DNA of 64,000 nt from Candidatus Gugararchaeum adminiculabundum (GCA_902384795.1 CABMDC010000001.1:7375-71374), one strand, 5' to 3'; positions 39,188-49,055 are shown, counted from the first letter of the stretch. Made by a program: numbers and translations. Notes: generated by a model not told the origin, from the sequence alone.

Positions 39188-40078
39188 ATGAAAAATATTT
39201 TTGCAGTATTTATTTTTGCCTTCGTTCTGCTGGCCGGAATGGTGGCGTCAGTTTCCTGGTCTTCTATGCTAACCGCTAGTTCTACGGTCAATGCCGCAGC
39301 AACAGGGGCAGGCGACCCTCAAATAACCTATTCAGTCGGAGGCTGCCAAAAAGACAAAGCACTTGGAAACTTCGGTGCAGCTCCTGAAATAAGCGTTGAG
39401 CTGGCCTCGATAAAAGTCTTTCACAATCTAGGCTCATCCTGCTGCGCCGACATCCGGCTTGAATGGAACGTGACCATTGAAGAGGGGAAAAAAGTAGTGA
39501 ACATCCATGAAGTGAACACGGGTGATGTCTGCAAGTGCATGTGCAATTACGAGGTGAACAGCTCAGTGGGCCCGTTTTACCCGAGTGACTACCTCGTGAG
39601 AGTGTATGGCGTAAAATACGGGGATTCCGCGCCAGCGCTTCTTGCTGAGAAAGAGGTCAGGCTGGATACATGGATTGACCGGCCGGACTTGCCGAACCAC
39701 AGTGTTTCAATTGATGAAATCAAAATTATAAAAAATGAAACCCAGGGGGAAGCGCCCCAGGTATTTGTTATCGGAGGAAAAAATGAAACCCAAGTCCTCC
39801 ACCTAGGCGACTTCCAAACAATGGTTGAAAACCAGTTTCAATCACTGGCGCTATGGCAAAGTGCTGTGGCATTCACGTTCTTTCCCCTCCCAGCTACTGA
39901 TGACCCGGTGATCTCAGTTCAGGCAAATGGAGCGGCAGACGGCATTTCCGAGGCGGAAGCGGAAGAGGTTCTGCAGCTAGAGAAAATAGGCACTGAAAAC
40001 AGCCCCCTAACATCGCAACCCCTGGTCACATTTACGCCAACAGCGCCAAAAGGCCCGGGTCCAGCACTTCACCACTAA
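39188..40078 (+). CDS. secreted hypothetical protein
   Basis: Signal peptide MKNIFAVFIFAFVLLAGMVASVS; Cys pairs. Confidence 0.45.
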   Translation: MKNIFAVFIFAFVLLAGMVASVSWSSMLTASSTVNAAATGAGDPQITYSVGGCQKDKALGNFGAAPEISVELASIKVFHNLGSSCCADIRLEWNVTIEEGKKVVNIHEVNTGDVCKCMCNYEVNSSVGPFYPSDYLVRVYGVKYGDSAPALLAEKEVRLDTWIDRPDLPNHSVSIDEIKIIKNETQGEAPQVFVIGGKNETQVLHLGDFQTMVENQFQSLALWQSAVAFTFFPLPATDDPVISVQANGAADGISEAEAEEVLQLEKIGTENSPLTSQPLVTFTPTAPKGPGPALHH

Positions 40079-40106
40079 TTAGCATAGATTAGCGGTGGCG
40101 CAGGCC

Positions 40107-40718
40107 TCATCCTTGCCTTTTTGTTTTTTCCAATCTTTTTGCCACTCCGGCCAATTGCAGAATAATGGTGGCAGCGCCAATCGCGAGCGCAAACACCTCC
40201 GCGATATTCACAAAAGTGATTCCGCCAACGGGAACAAACAGCCCCTTTGCCTGAAGCAAATAATGAATCAGCGAGAGGACAAACGCGATGTAAACCAACC
40301 GCTGAATATTTTTCCAATTCTTCCCGCCCAGCATGCGCACCGAGTAATCATTGGAAAAAATCGCAAGCAGGGCAATAATCGCCAGCGCAGGAAGCGCAAT
40401 CAGCAGCGGGGTTTCCGCGAACAGCATGCCCGCCTGCATCCTGTACTGCACCCCAAATGCAACAATGAAATGCATCAGAACGAACACGCATGCGGCAATC
40501 CCTACTGCTCTTCTGGTTTCAATCAACTGGCAGAATTCTTTTGGCCAGAGAATTGCGAGCGGCCCGAGCGCCATGGAAACACAGAGCAAGAAGAAGCCGG
40601 AGAGCGCAAAGAACCTGTCAAACACCACATATGCTGGCAAGGGGAAAAGCGCATGGTAAAGCGCGAGAAGCGCAATCGTAGAAATCAGCAGCAGGAAAAA
40701 TTTGTTAGCCTTGTTCAT
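40107..40718 (-). CDS. ferric-reductase-like transmembrane heme-b protein (YedZ/MsrQ-like)
   Basis: Six predicted TM helices with conserved His in R..G......H (TRRAVGIAACVFVLMH) and W...Q.L.Y......H (NWKNIQRLVYIAFVLSLIHY), as in the FRD/MsrQ family. Confidence 0.55.
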   Translation of the reverse strand: MNKANKFFLLLISTIALLALYHALFPLPAYVVFDRFFALSGFFLLCVSMALGPLAILWPKEFCQLIETRRAVGIAACVFVLMHFIVAFGVQYRMQAGMLFAETPLLIALPALAIIALLAIFSNDYSVRMLGGKNWKNIQRLVYIAFVLSLIHYLLQAKGLFVPVGGITFVNIAEVFALAIGAATIILQLAGVAKRLEKTKRQG

Positions 40719-41131
40719 TGCCCCACCCCTATAGTTATCGTCTGGTTCAGCTGCCCGATCGTGTAATAGTCAAGCTGCGAAACAGCATTTCCCGAGTGCT
40801 GGTTTCCCCTGCCTCCCTTGGTGTCAAAAGCAACGGTTGCATCGGTTCCGCAATAGGCGGTATAGCCGCTCCCGCCCGGGTGCGAGGTATACGAGCTGAG
40901 GTCAAGCACCTTGTTGTGAATCACCATCCAGCAGTCGTTGGCAGTGCTGTGCCTTGCCACTTCCTCAAGCGTAAGCGTAATTGTCGAATTTTTGACCGGA
41001 GCATTTCCATTATCCGAGGCAATCACCGGTGCCTGTTGGCCCTGTGTTTTCACCAGCGAATCCTGCGGATTAATCGTGCATCCTAGTAGAAGAATCGGAA
41101 TTGCCAGCAATGCAATTATGCGCCAGTTCAT
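40715..41131 (-). CDS. cytochrome b5-like heme-binding domain lipoprotein
   Basis: From the internal Met: signal peptide plus lipobox-like LLGC; b5 core EEVARHSTANDCWMVIHNKVLDLSSYTSHPGG...GTDATVAF...NQHSG (HPGG and GHS-like His ligands). 4-nt overlap with the downstream FRD gene. Confidence 0.7.
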   Translation of the reverse strand: MNWRIIALLAIPILLLGCTINPQDSLVKTQGQQAPVIASDNGNAPVKNSTITLTLEEVARHSTANDCWMVIHNKVLDLSSYTSHPGGSGYTAYCGTDATVAFDTKGGRGNQHSGNAVSQLDYYTIGQLNQTITIGVGQ

Positions 41132-41168
41132 GCACATACTATGCCAAAAACAATTATAAAAGCCAGCA

Positions 41169-41630
41169 GTGACTAACATCCTAGGTGGTCTTATGATGAA
41201 GGAATTCAAGGAATTCGCCGTGCGCGGCAACATGGTCGATATGGCGGTCGGTATCATTATCGGGGCTGCCTTTGGGAAAATCATAACCTCGCTGGTGAGC
41301 GACATAATAATGCCACCAATCGGAATTCTCCTGGGAAAAATGGATTTCTCCAACATGTTCATTTCGCTTTCCGGAACATCCTACTCCACCCTGGCAGCCG
41401 CCAAGGCGGCGGGCGCAGCAACCCTCAATTACGGAATGTTCATAAACAACATAATTGACTTCGCCATAGTCGCGTTCGCGGTCTTCCTCATGATCAGGCA
41501 AATCAACAAGCTGAAAAGGGAAAAGCCCCCGCAGGCGCCAAACACCAAGGAATGCCCCTACTGCATTTCATCAATCCCGCTAAAGGCGGTGAAATGCCCG
41601 AACTGCACTTCGCAGCTTACAGCAAGGTGA
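41169..41630 (+). CDS. mscL: large-conductance mechanosensitive channel MscL with a C-terminal zinc-ribbon extension
   Basis: The MscL N-terminal signature and TM1/TM2 pattern, followed by a C-terminal CPYC...CPNC. Possible start at 41193. Confidence 0.8.
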   Translation: MTNILGGLMMKEFKEFAVRGNMVDMAVGIIIGAAFGKIITSLVSDIIMPPIGILLGKMDFSNMFISLSGTSYSTLAAAKAAGAATLNYGMFINNIIDFAIVAFAVFLMIRQINKLKREKPPQAPNTKECPYCISSIPLKAVKCPNCTSQLTAR

Positions 41631-41634
41631 TCCT

Positions 41635-42072
41635 ATGGAAACTATGAAAAATATGGAAAGCCCGCAGAAAGCGAAAAACCTGCAAAAAATAGCATTGGTT
41701 TTCACTTTCGTGCTGGTGCTGCTGTTTTCCTTTGGCTGCGCAGGCGCGAGCAATAGCGGCAATGGCAACACCTCCGCTCAACCCGCGGCCAATTCCTCTG
41801 TGCCAGCAGATTCATCTGCTGCCCTGGAAGTGACCATTGAAATCAAGAATTTCGCCTTCTCGCCTGCGAGCATTGAAGTGAAAGCAGGCACCAAGGTCAC
41901 CTGGATTAATCAGGATTCGGCGGCGCACACCGTGGCCGGGGATTCGGGCGAATTCCAGCTCGGCCCACTGGCTCAAGGTGAAAAGGCCAGCCAGGTTTTC
42001 TCAAAAACCGGCACCTTTGCCTACCACTGCGGAATCCACCCGTCGATGAAGGGAACAATAACCGTAAGTTGA
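41635..42072 (+). CDS. cupredoxin (plastocyanin/halocyanin-like blue copper protein), lipoprotein
   Basis: Lipobox-like FSFGC; type 1 copper ligands H (AAHTV)...C..H....M in YHCGIHPSMKGTITV. Confidence 0.8.
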   Translation: METMKNMESPQKAKNLQKIALVFTFVLVLLFSFGCAGASNSGNGNTSAQPAANSSVPADSSAALEVTIEIKNFAFSPASIEVKAGTKVTWINQDSAAHTVAGDSGEFQLGPLAQGEKASQVFSKTGTFAYHCGIHPSMKGTITVS

Positions 42073-42102
42073 TTATTAATCGTGAATTGAGAAGTTGATC
42101 CT

Positions 42103-42318
42103 ATGGCAGCGATACCAATAATTCTCGGCTTTCCATTGACCATGTGGCTGGGTGCGCTCACCCTGATTTCGCTCCTCATCACTGCAACTTTAGGCTACGG
42201 ATTCTACAAGCAGAAGATCCACCGCATTCCTTTCACTTACCATATGTACGCCGCAGCCCTCACCCTCCTCCTCGCGCTGATTCACATCGCCAGCGTAATC
42301 TACCTCTATTACCTATGA
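42103..42318 (+). CDS. small membrane protein
   Basis: 71-aa ORF with two TM helices. Confidence 0.3.
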   Translation: MAAIPIILGFPLTMWLGALTLISLLITATLGYGFYKQKIHRIPFTYHMYAAALTLLLALIHIASVIYLYYL

Positions 42319-42330
42319 ATCAGTTCTCAA

Positions 42331-42861
42331 CTAAAACGACATCACGTACGCGCCAATGACAAAGGACAGCACATTAGCGCACAGGGAAATAATCATGGCA
42401 TTTTTCAAATCAGTCCTGAAAACTTTCGCCAGCACCGCCCCTTCAATCAGAACCACCGCCATCTCCGCCACAAGCACTGCCAGCAGATAATCCGGATAAG
42501 TTCCCAGCAGGGCAAGCCACAAAATAAAGACTGTCGTTCCATTCAGCAGCCAGCCGGTCAGCAGGATTCTCACAAGCGAAACTTTCCTGCGCATGAAAAG
42601 CCAGTAGACCGGCGTTTCAACCGCCATTGCAATCATCATGGCAACCGGGAGCATCATGCCCCATTTCATCATGTCCCTTGCCTGCTGCTCTTCCCTGGGA
42701 TCCGCCCCTGGGCGCGGGGCCGCGGGATTCGCATAGGTGAAAGAGACGAAAATTGAGAAAACAAGAATTAGCAAAATAGCTGAAAGCAAAATCGGCTTCG
42801 CGCGCGAATCTTTCATGCTCGCGTATTTCCGTTCATTAATAGATAAACATTTCGCCTGCAA
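42331..42861 (-). CDS. hypothetical membrane protein
   Basis: 176-aa ORF with several TM helices. Confidence 0.4.
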   Translation of the reverse strand: MQAKCLSINERKYASMKDSRAKPILLSAILLILVFSIFVSFTYANPAAPRPGADPREEQQARDMMKWGMMLPVAMMIAMAVETPVYWLFMRRKVSLVRILLTGWLLNGTTVFILWLALLGTYPDYLLAVLVAEMAVVLIEGAVLAKVFRTDLKNAMIISLCANVLSFVIGAYVMSF

Positions 42862-42870
42862 ATTCTTTCC

Positions 42871-43020
42871 ATGAATCCAAAATCAAAAGCCAAAGGCGAT
42901 GAAGAAGCAAAATATAATTGCCCCCATTGCGGCGAACTAATGGCTCCGCTCAAGCGCGACACCCAGGCAGGCACTCTCCTAATTTGCCCGGAATGCATGA
43001 AACTCGTGGGAAGAGAGTGA
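42871..43020 (+). CDS. small zinc-ribbon protein (49 aa)
   Basis: MNPKSKAKGDEEAKYNCPHCGELMAPLKRDTQAGTLLICPECMKLVGRE; CPHC...CPEC. Below the size cutoff of the supplied ORF track. Confidence 0.4.
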   Translation: MNPKSKAKGDEEAKYNCPHCGELMAPLKRDTQAGTLLICPECMKLVGRE

Positions 43021-43063
43021 ATATTTAATAATCCAAAATACGACGATTTAGCAGGTGGTTTGA

Positions 43064-43423
43064 ATGGCATACGCAAAACGAATCGCAATCTGCGTCCTGC
43101 TCGGATTCCTGGCAGGCCTTTTCTGCTGGTATGGAGCGGTCTACATAGGGATGAAGGTGACCGCTGAGCAGGCGGTTGGCATAGTCACCAATCGCGTTAC
43201 GCTCGGACTGGTAATCGGCATTTCATCGCTGGAACTGGCTTTCCTGCCCAAGAAAATAGGCTACCTGACGCACGGCCTGCTAATCGCGTTCCTAATCAGC
43301 TGGCCATTTGCGTTATACGGCGGAAACTGGGGCTTCAACGGCTTCCTGTATTTCGGCCTGGCCTATGGGCTAATCATTGAATTCCTGAGCACCAAGGTGC
43401 TTGGCGCGCCCATGAAAAACTAG
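43064..43423 (+). CDS. hypothetical membrane protein
   Basis: 119-aa ORF with four TM helices. Confidence 0.4.
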   Translation: MAYAKRIAICVLLGFLAGLFCWYGAVYIGMKVTAEQAVGIVTNRVTLGLVIGISSLELAFLPKKIGYLTHGLLIAFLISWPFALYGGNWGFNGFLYFGLAYGLIIEFLSTKVLGAPMKN

Positions 43424-43455
43424 CCTCTTTTTCTATTTATTTTTTATTTTCTTTC

Positions 43456-43824
43456 CTATCTCTTTATTTTTACTTCCCAAATATATTTTCCAGCACGCGA
43501 CGGAGTCAATTCAGTAAAAATCAGCACCTTGTTCTCCCTGAAAAAATGGTTCGCCTTTTCCACAGCGCCCTCTTTCGGCTCCTCATTGTTCTGCCACATT
43601 TCGGATTTTATGTTCAGGATGCATTCCGCAATAAGCCCCGCATCCAATCTCGGAATCCCGAATTCCTGGAGCTTCATGTAAATTTCCTCTGGCTTGAACT
43701 GGGAAAGGTTTATGGGCTCCTTCTTGATTACGGGCTTCGGGCTAGCGTACCTTGCCAGGTCGTTTTCATCCATAGGCATAAATTGATGCAGAAATAGTTT
43801 ATAAACAATCGGATTATTTCGCAA
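43456..43824 (-). CDS. hypothetical protein
   Basis: ORF of about 105-122 aa with no recognised motif. Confidence 0.35.
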   Translation of the reverse strand: MRNNPIVYKLFLHQFMPMDENDLARYASPKPVIKKEPINLSQFKPEEIYMKLQEFGIPRLDAGLIAECILNIKSEMWQNNEEPKEGAVEKANHFFRENKVLIFTELTPSRAGKYIWEVKIKR

Positions 43825-43827
43825 TAA

Positions 43828-44580
43828 TTATCCATATCCTTCAACCTTGATTTTATCCTGCCCCACTCCCAGCACTTTTATCGCATTCGCCATGTCCACT
43901 GCCATCTGCGTCCTTCCGGAAACAAAGTAGCTCCATTCATCCGGCTTCGCAATGTTCTCGCGCAGCATCTGCCCATCCACCCGGCGCGAATAAATTCCCT
44001 TCCAGCCCTTCAATTTCTCCGGGTCCTCGCGCGTCACCGTGTAAATCACCTTGAAATTCCTGTTCTTTTTCGCAATCCCGTCCAGCTCATTTTTCAGCGC
44101 AATCTCGTCCAAAGTTCTAGATGAATAGAATAGAATAATCGGCACATTCAGCTTTCTTCCAATAATATAGCGCACAATGGAAATCATGGTGGCAATGCCC
44201 ACCCCGCCAGCAAACAATACGACTTTCCTGTGGATTCCCTCGTCAAAAGCCAGGTGCCCCATGGGCCCCATCACTTCCACCTTATCTCCCTTTTTCATGG
44301 CATTCATGAAATTGGTAAAGCTCCCTTTCAGCTTGTAAATAAGGGTGAAACCCTTTGCATTATAGGGCGAACTGGCAAGCGAATAGAACCGCACCTCTTT
44401 CGCCCCTCCCTCCAGCGTTCGCGAAAGCTGCGCAAACTGCCCCGGCTTAAACTGGAACATTGGCTTTCCATCCGCCGGCTCAAAATTTATGGAGCGCACA
44501 TCCAAGTTCTCCTGCTTCTGCTCGACCATCTGGAAAACTCTAATTTCTTTCTGTGCTGGTTTCTGTTCCATGAATACCAC
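43828..44580 (-). CDS. FAD/NAD(P)-binding oxidoreductase, ferredoxin-NADP+ reductase (FNR) family
   Basis: RFYSLASSP FAD motif; GGVGIATMISI NAD(P) motif; no C-terminal Fe-S cysteines. Confidence 0.75.
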   Translation of the reverse strand: MVFMEQKPAQKEIRVFQMVEQKQENLDVRSINFEPADGKPMFQFKPGQFAQLSRTLEGGAKEVRFYSLASSPYNAKGFTLIYKLKGSFTNFMNAMKKGDKVEVMGPMGHLAFDEGIHRKVVLFAGGVGIATMISIVRYIIGRKLNVPIILFYSSRTLDEIALKNELDGIAKKNRNFKVIYTVTREDPEKLKGWKGIYSRRVDGQMLRENIAKPDEWSYFVSGRTQMAVDMANAIKVLGVGQDKIKVEGYG

Positions 44581-44640
44581 TGTTTGCTCGTTTGTGCCAG
44601 GCAGTTTTCCCCCTCTAAGCTATAAAATACGTTCGCCTGT

Positions 44641-45513
44641 CTAGGCTGCCCTTTCGTCCTGCCAAAGCAGGTCTCCGAATTTCGCCCTAAGCTCCCCGGC
44701 CCTTTGTTTTAGCATGGCCATGCAGGCCGCTCTTTTTCCAGGCGACTCCGAAGCCTCCTCGAGAATGAGCGCCTCTTCCTTTGTTTTTATGATGTCCCCG
44801 GTGTCAAGCCCTCTTAATATGATAAGTGTTTTTCCAGGTTCTTTTCCCCTGTATCCCCCAAGCCTTATGCCCATCTGGAACCTTTCCCATCCCCGCCGCG
44901 GATCAACGTTCCATTCGATGTGGCGCTCACGGATCCTAAGTTCCTCCAAAGGATTCAGGCAGAACTCGGGCTGGACGTGGTAATGGCCCTCCTCGTCAAG
45001 TTCAAACGCTATGTTCGACTGCACTCCCAGTTCAACAAGCCCTGCCCGCGTTATGTTCGCCAGCGGAGCGCAGAACAGCATTTTGAGCTTCTCCCTTTTC
45101 ATGACGAAATCCGCAGGCTCGGGCCCAAAGAATCGCCAGTAGTCGTTCTCATAGGGGTTAGCCGTATCCCTGGGAACATTCGCGAGTATCAGGTGAATAA
45201 TCCTCTTTATGCCGAAATTCGAATGCGCATCCAGTTCAGAATCCGGCAGCCAAATTTTCAGCCCGCCAAAGCTGCTCTTTTCCCCAGGAACAAGGAGAGG
45301 GTCTGGCTCTTCAGAGCAAACCCTGAAGTCCTCTTTCCCGTTTCTCCCCTCCAAGGTGATCACTCTTCCCTGGTGCCTGCAAAAAGTAGCTGTTTTGTGC
45401 ATCTCCCCCTGCCAAACCGGGCATAGGTCAAGCTCGGTAAATTTCCGCCTGAGCGCCCTTCCGCTGCTATGGCATGCTTTGGTGAGCGTTATGGTTTTCA
45501 CTGAAACGGCCAT
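44641..45513 (-). CDS. hypothetical protein with an N-terminal Cys/His cluster, probable partner of the FNR-like reductase
   Basis: 290 aa; N-terminal C..H...C...H...C.H pattern; 60 nt upstream of the FNR-like gene on the same strand. Confidence 0.45.
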   Translation of the reverse strand: MAVSVKTITLTKACHSSGRALRRKFTELDLCPVWQGEMHKTATFCRHQGRVITLEGRNGKEDFRVCSEEPDPLLVPGEKSSFGGLKIWLPDSELDAHSNFGIKRIIHLILANVPRDTANPYENDYWRFFGPEPADFVMKREKLKMLFCAPLANITRAGLVELGVQSNIAFELDEEGHYHVQPEFCLNPLEELRIRERHIEWNVDPRRGWERFQMGIRLGGYRGKEPGKTLIILRGLDTGDIIKTKEEALILEEASESPGKRAACMAMLKQRAGELRAKFGDLLWQDERAA

Positions 45514-45606
45514 GGCTAGTTTATGCCAGTAATTGCTTATAAGTGTTAATGTGCGTAAACCGCCCTCCTCTCACTTTCAGCAAGCTTTATATTCTGGAAA
45601 GTTCAT

Positions 45607-45624
45607 AATTAACTATAGTTAATT
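45607..45624. promoter_or_regulatory. perfect 18-bp palindrome AATTAACTATAGTTAATT, candidate operator
   Basis: Self-complementary over all 18 nt; 17 nt upstream of the start of the HTH/Cys-cluster regulator that heads the suf operon. Confidence 0.5.
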
Positions 45625-45640
45625 CGAAGTTAATCCAAAG

Positions 45641-46051
45641 GTGTTCCAAACGAAAAACCCCATAGAAATACTCCACTGGTACATTCTGCCCGCAGTCACA
45701 GCAGAGCTTTCAACCGAGCTTGTGGGCAAGGGCATGCGCCAGAATGAAATAGCCAGGCTATTCGGCCTCACCCCGGCGGCAATCACCCAGTACAAGCAAA
45801 AGAAAAGGGGCGCAGGTTTCACCCTAACCGAGCGCGACAAAAAAGCAATCAGTGCACTGGCTTCCAGAATTGTGCGCGAGCATCTGACAGAAGAGCAGGT
45901 GATCAGCGCGCTCAATTCATTGGTCGAGGGAATCCGCTCCAGCGGCGAGATGTGCCACGTCTGCCACGAGTTCGCGCAGGCGCCTGCCAAGTGCAGCATC
46001 TGCGTCACGGTTCCGTGCGCGGTTGGAAAAGTCCGCGGGAAAATTTTATAA
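45641..46051 (+). CDS. HTH transcriptional regulator with a C-terminal Cys cluster (possible Fe-S or metal sensor)
   Basis: HTH-like MRQNEIARLFGLTPAAITQYKQ; C-terminal CHVCHEF.......CSIC....C; located directly upstream of sufC. Confidence 0.5.
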   Translation: MFQTKNPIEILHWYILPAVTAELSTELVGKGMRQNEIARLFGLTPAAITQYKQKKRGAGFTLTERDKKAISALASRIVREHLTEEQVISALNSLVEGIRSSGEMCHVCHEFAQAPAKCSICVTVPCAVGKVRGKIL

Positions 46052-46066
46052 TCGCGAGGTAATCCT

Positions 46067-46816
46067 ATGGGAAAACTTGAAGTGAAAAATTTGTATGTTT
46101 CCGTCGAAGGAAAGGAAATACTGAAAGGAGTGAACCTTTCGCTCCAGCAGGGCGAAGTGCATGCGCTCATGGGCCCGAACGGCTCTGGCAAAAGCACGCT
46201 TAGCTATGCGCTCATGGGCCATCCAAAATACAAAATCACCCAGGGCGACATTTTGCTGAATGGCGAAAGCATAGCAAAGCTCTCTCCGGAAAAGCGCGCC
46301 CAGAAGGGTTTATTCCTCGCATTCCAATACCCGACCGAAGTTCAGGGAATCAGCCTAAACAGGTTCCTGCTGAATGCGAACAAGTCCCTTGGAAAAATCA
46401 GCGACAGCGAAAAGGGAAATCCGACCATAAAGGAATTTCTTGCAAACACCAAATCCAGCGCCAAGGATCTTTCCATGGACGAATCATTCCTCCAGCGCTA
46501 CCTGAACGTTGGCTTTTCAGGGGGCGAGAAAAAGCTCTCGGAAATCCTGCAGATGTCAGTGCTCAAGCCCAAATTCGCATTGCTTGATGAGATCGATTCA
46601 GGCCTTGATGTGGACTCGCTCAAGCTGGTTGGCGCGGCAATCAACAGGATGCGCGGAAAGGATTTCGGAGCCCTGGTGATAACCCATTACGCGCGCATCC
46701 TCCAGCATGTGAAGCCCGACAAGGTGCACATTTTCATAGATGGAAAAATCGCCCAGTCAGGCGGCCCTGAGCTGGCGCAGAAGATTGAGCAAAAGGGCTA
46801 TGAGTTTGTGAAATGA
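46067..46816 (+). CDS. sufC: Fe-S cluster assembly ATPase SufC
   Basis: Walker A GPNGSGKST and the SufC-specific pattern; 249 aa. Confidence 0.9.
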   Translation: MGKLEVKNLYVSVEGKEILKGVNLSLQQGEVHALMGPNGSGKSTLSYALMGHPKYKITQGDILLNGESIAKLSPEKRAQKGLFLAFQYPTEVQGISLNRFLLNANKSLGKISDSEKGNPTIKEFLANTKSSAKDLSMDESFLQRYLNVGFSGGEKKLSEILQMSVLKPKFALLDEIDSGLDVDSLKLVGAAINRMRGKDFGALVITHYARILQHVKPDKVHIFIDGKIAQSGGPELAQKIEQKGYEFVK

Positions 46817-46832
46817 GCAGATGTGAAAAGAT

Positions 46833-48236
46833 ATGGCGGGAATTTCCAGCATAAATGCAGATTACAAAAAGAGGTACGGCTTCAGGGATACTGTAAAGCC
46901 TGTTTTCAGGACTGGCAAGGGACTAAGCAGGGAACTCATCAAGGAAATTTCAGCGATGAAAAACGAGCCCAAATGGATGCGCGAATTCCGCCTCAACTCC
47001 TATGAAATTTTCCTAAAGAAGAATCCGCCCAGCTGGGGCCCTGACCTTTCCCAAGCGAATTTCGAGCACATCACTTACTACTTAAAATCCAGCGACAGGC
47101 CTGAACGGAAATGGGAAGATGTCCCAGAAGGCATTAAGCGCACCTTTGACCGGCTAGGGGTGCCTGAAGCAGAAAAGAAATTCCTTGGAGGAGTTGGCGC
47201 ACAATACGAGAGCGAAACCGTCTACCACCACCTCAAAGAGAGTTTGGAAAAGCAGGGAATAATTTTCTGCAGCACTGACCAGGCGCTCCAGGAGCACGAG
47301 GAAATTTTCCGCGAATGGTTTGGCAAAATCGTTCCTCCCAGTGACAACAAATTCGCAGCCTTGAACAGCGCGGTCTGGAGCGGAGGCTCGTTCATTTACG
47401 TTCCAAAGGGAGTTGAAGTGAAACTTCCACTGCAAGCATATTTCCGCATAAATGAAAGAGCTATGGGGCAATTCGAGCGTACGCTAATCATAGTTGACGA
47501 GGGCGCAAAGGTCCATTACATCGAGGGATGCACAGCGCCCACTTACTCCAGCGATTCGCTCCATGCGGCAGTGGTTGAAATAATTGCAAAAAAGAATTCC
47601 CAGGTGCAATATACAACAATCCAAAACTGGTCCAACAATGTCTACAATCTAGTGACCAAGCGCTCGCACGCTTACGAAAACGCGCGCGTCTACTGGCTGG
47701 ATGGCAACATCGGAAGCAAAGCCACCATGAAATACCCCTCGGTTTATCTGATGGGTGCAGGCGCAAAAGCAGACCTTCTCAGCATAGCATTTGCGAACAA
47801 GGGACAGCACCAGGATGCAGGAGGAAAAGTTTTTCATCTCGCGCCAAATACGAGTTCACGCATAGTTTCCAAATCCATAAGCAAGGGAGGCGGAAGAACC
47901 AGCTATCGCGGGCTAGCGCTGGTGAAGAAAGGCGCAAAGAATTCCACGGTCAGCGTGAAATGTGATGCACTGATGCTTGACAAATTCTCCAGAAGCGACA
48001 CCTATCCCTCAATGAAAATTGATGAGAATGATGCAACAGTTTCCCATGAAGCCAGCGTTGGCAAACTATCCGATGATCAGGTTTTCTATTTGCGCTCCAG
48101 GGGACTGAGCGAAAGCGATGCGCGCTCCATGATAGTGCTCGGGTTCATAGAGGATTTTGTCAAGGAGCTTCCGCTAGAATACGCGGTTGAGCTGAACCGG
48201 CTCGTAAAACTAGAAATGGAAGGGGCAGTGGGCTAA
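46833..48236 (+). CDS. sufB: Fe-S cluster assembly protein SufB
   Basis: 467 aa with SufB C-terminal beta-helix motifs. Confidence 0.9.
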   Translation: MAGISSINADYKKRYGFRDTVKPVFRTGKGLSRELIKEISAMKNEPKWMREFRLNSYEIFLKKNPPSWGPDLSQANFEHITYYLKSSDRPERKWEDVPEGIKRTFDRLGVPEAEKKFLGGVGAQYESETVYHHLKESLEKQGIIFCSTDQALQEHEEIFREWFGKIVPPSDNKFAALNSAVWSGGSFIYVPKGVEVKLPLQAYFRINERAMGQFERTLIIVDEGAKVHYIEGCTAPTYSSDSLHAAVVEIIAKKNSQVQYTTIQNWSNNVYNLVTKRSHAYENARVYWLDGNIGSKATMKYPSVYLMGAGAKADLLSIAFANKGQHQDAGGKVFHLAPNTSSRIVSKSISKGGGRTSYRGLALVKKGAKNSTVSVKCDALMLDKFSRSDTYPSMKIDENDATVSHEASVGKLSDDQVFYLRSRGLSESDARSMIVLGFIEDFVKELPLEYAVELNRLVKLEMEGAVG

Positions 48237-48251
48237 ACTAAGAGTGAAAAA

Positions 48252-49055
48252 ATGGCAAAGGAAATAAAAATTGCAGAAAATGAAAAGCGCGAAATAGATT
48301 TCTCCGGCAAAAGCGGGGATTTCGCAATCCAGCTGGCGCAGGGAGCGCAAGCAACAATTCTGGATTTGGCGCAAGGCAACTCGCGCAACTTAAGGCAAAA
48401 AATCATTCTGGGCAAAAACAGCAGGCTTACGATGGTTTCAATTCAAAACCAGGGGGCAGATTCGGACTCAAAAACAGAGAGAAAAATAGCGTGCACAGAG
48501 AATTCAGAGGTGCATTTTTTCTCAGCGAATTTAGGCGGCAAAATTTCAGCAGAAGTCCGTGAAATTCATCTTCAGGGAAAGGGCGCCAAATTATTTGACA
48601 ATGAAATTTTCTTTGGCACCATGAACCAACATTTCCAGAACAACACTGCCGTTTTCCACGAAGGCGCAAACACTTTTTCGCGCATCACAGTCAAGGGATT
48701 GCTGGGTGGAGTTTCTTCCGCCGACTACCTGGGTTTGGTAAAGATTGAAAAGAGCGCGCTGAATTCCGACACCTTCCTGGCGCAGCACACGCTCCTATTG
48801 GACACCGGGGCAAAGGCAGAGATGAACCCGAATTTGGAAATCGAGAACAGCGAGATTAAGGCAGGACACTCGGCCTCAGCTTCCAAAATCAGCGAGGATG
48901 ATTTGTTCTATTTGCAATCGCGAGGAATTCCAAAAACCAAGGCAGCGACTCTTCTGGCTTCAGGCTTCCTGGCCCAGGTGATTGAGAAGTTCCCAAAATT
49001 CTCCTCGGAGATCGAATCATTCATGCAAAGAAAATGGGGTGCGAAAAATGTTTGA
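48252..49055 (+). CDS. sufD: Fe-S cluster assembly protein SufD (short form)
   Basis: 267 aa with the SufBD beta-helix domain; positioned between sufB and sufS. Confidence 0.7.
   Translation: MAKEIKIAENEKREIDFSGKSGDFAIQLAQGAQATILDLAQGNSRNLRQKIILGKNSRLTMVSIQNQGADSDSKTERKIACTENSEVHFFSANLGGKISAEVREIHLQGKGAKLFDNEIFFGTMNQHFQNNTAVFHEGANTFSRITVKGLLGGVSSADYLGLVKIEKSALNSDTFLAQHTLLLDTGAKAEMNPNLEIENSEIKAGHSASASKISEDDLFYLQSRGIPKTKAATLLASGFLAQVIEKFPKFSSEIESFMQRKWGAKNV

Noticed and set aside
40095-40766. +strand 223-aa ORF overlapping the FRD-like membrane gene
   Set aside because: The translation is highly basic and Gln/Arg/Asn-rich low complexity, whereas the minus-strand product has a coherent 6-TM heme-b architecture.
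46823-47005. 60-aa ORF at the sufC/sufB junction
   Set aside because: It is out of frame with and nested in the sufB start region; the sufB frame carries the conserved family sequence.
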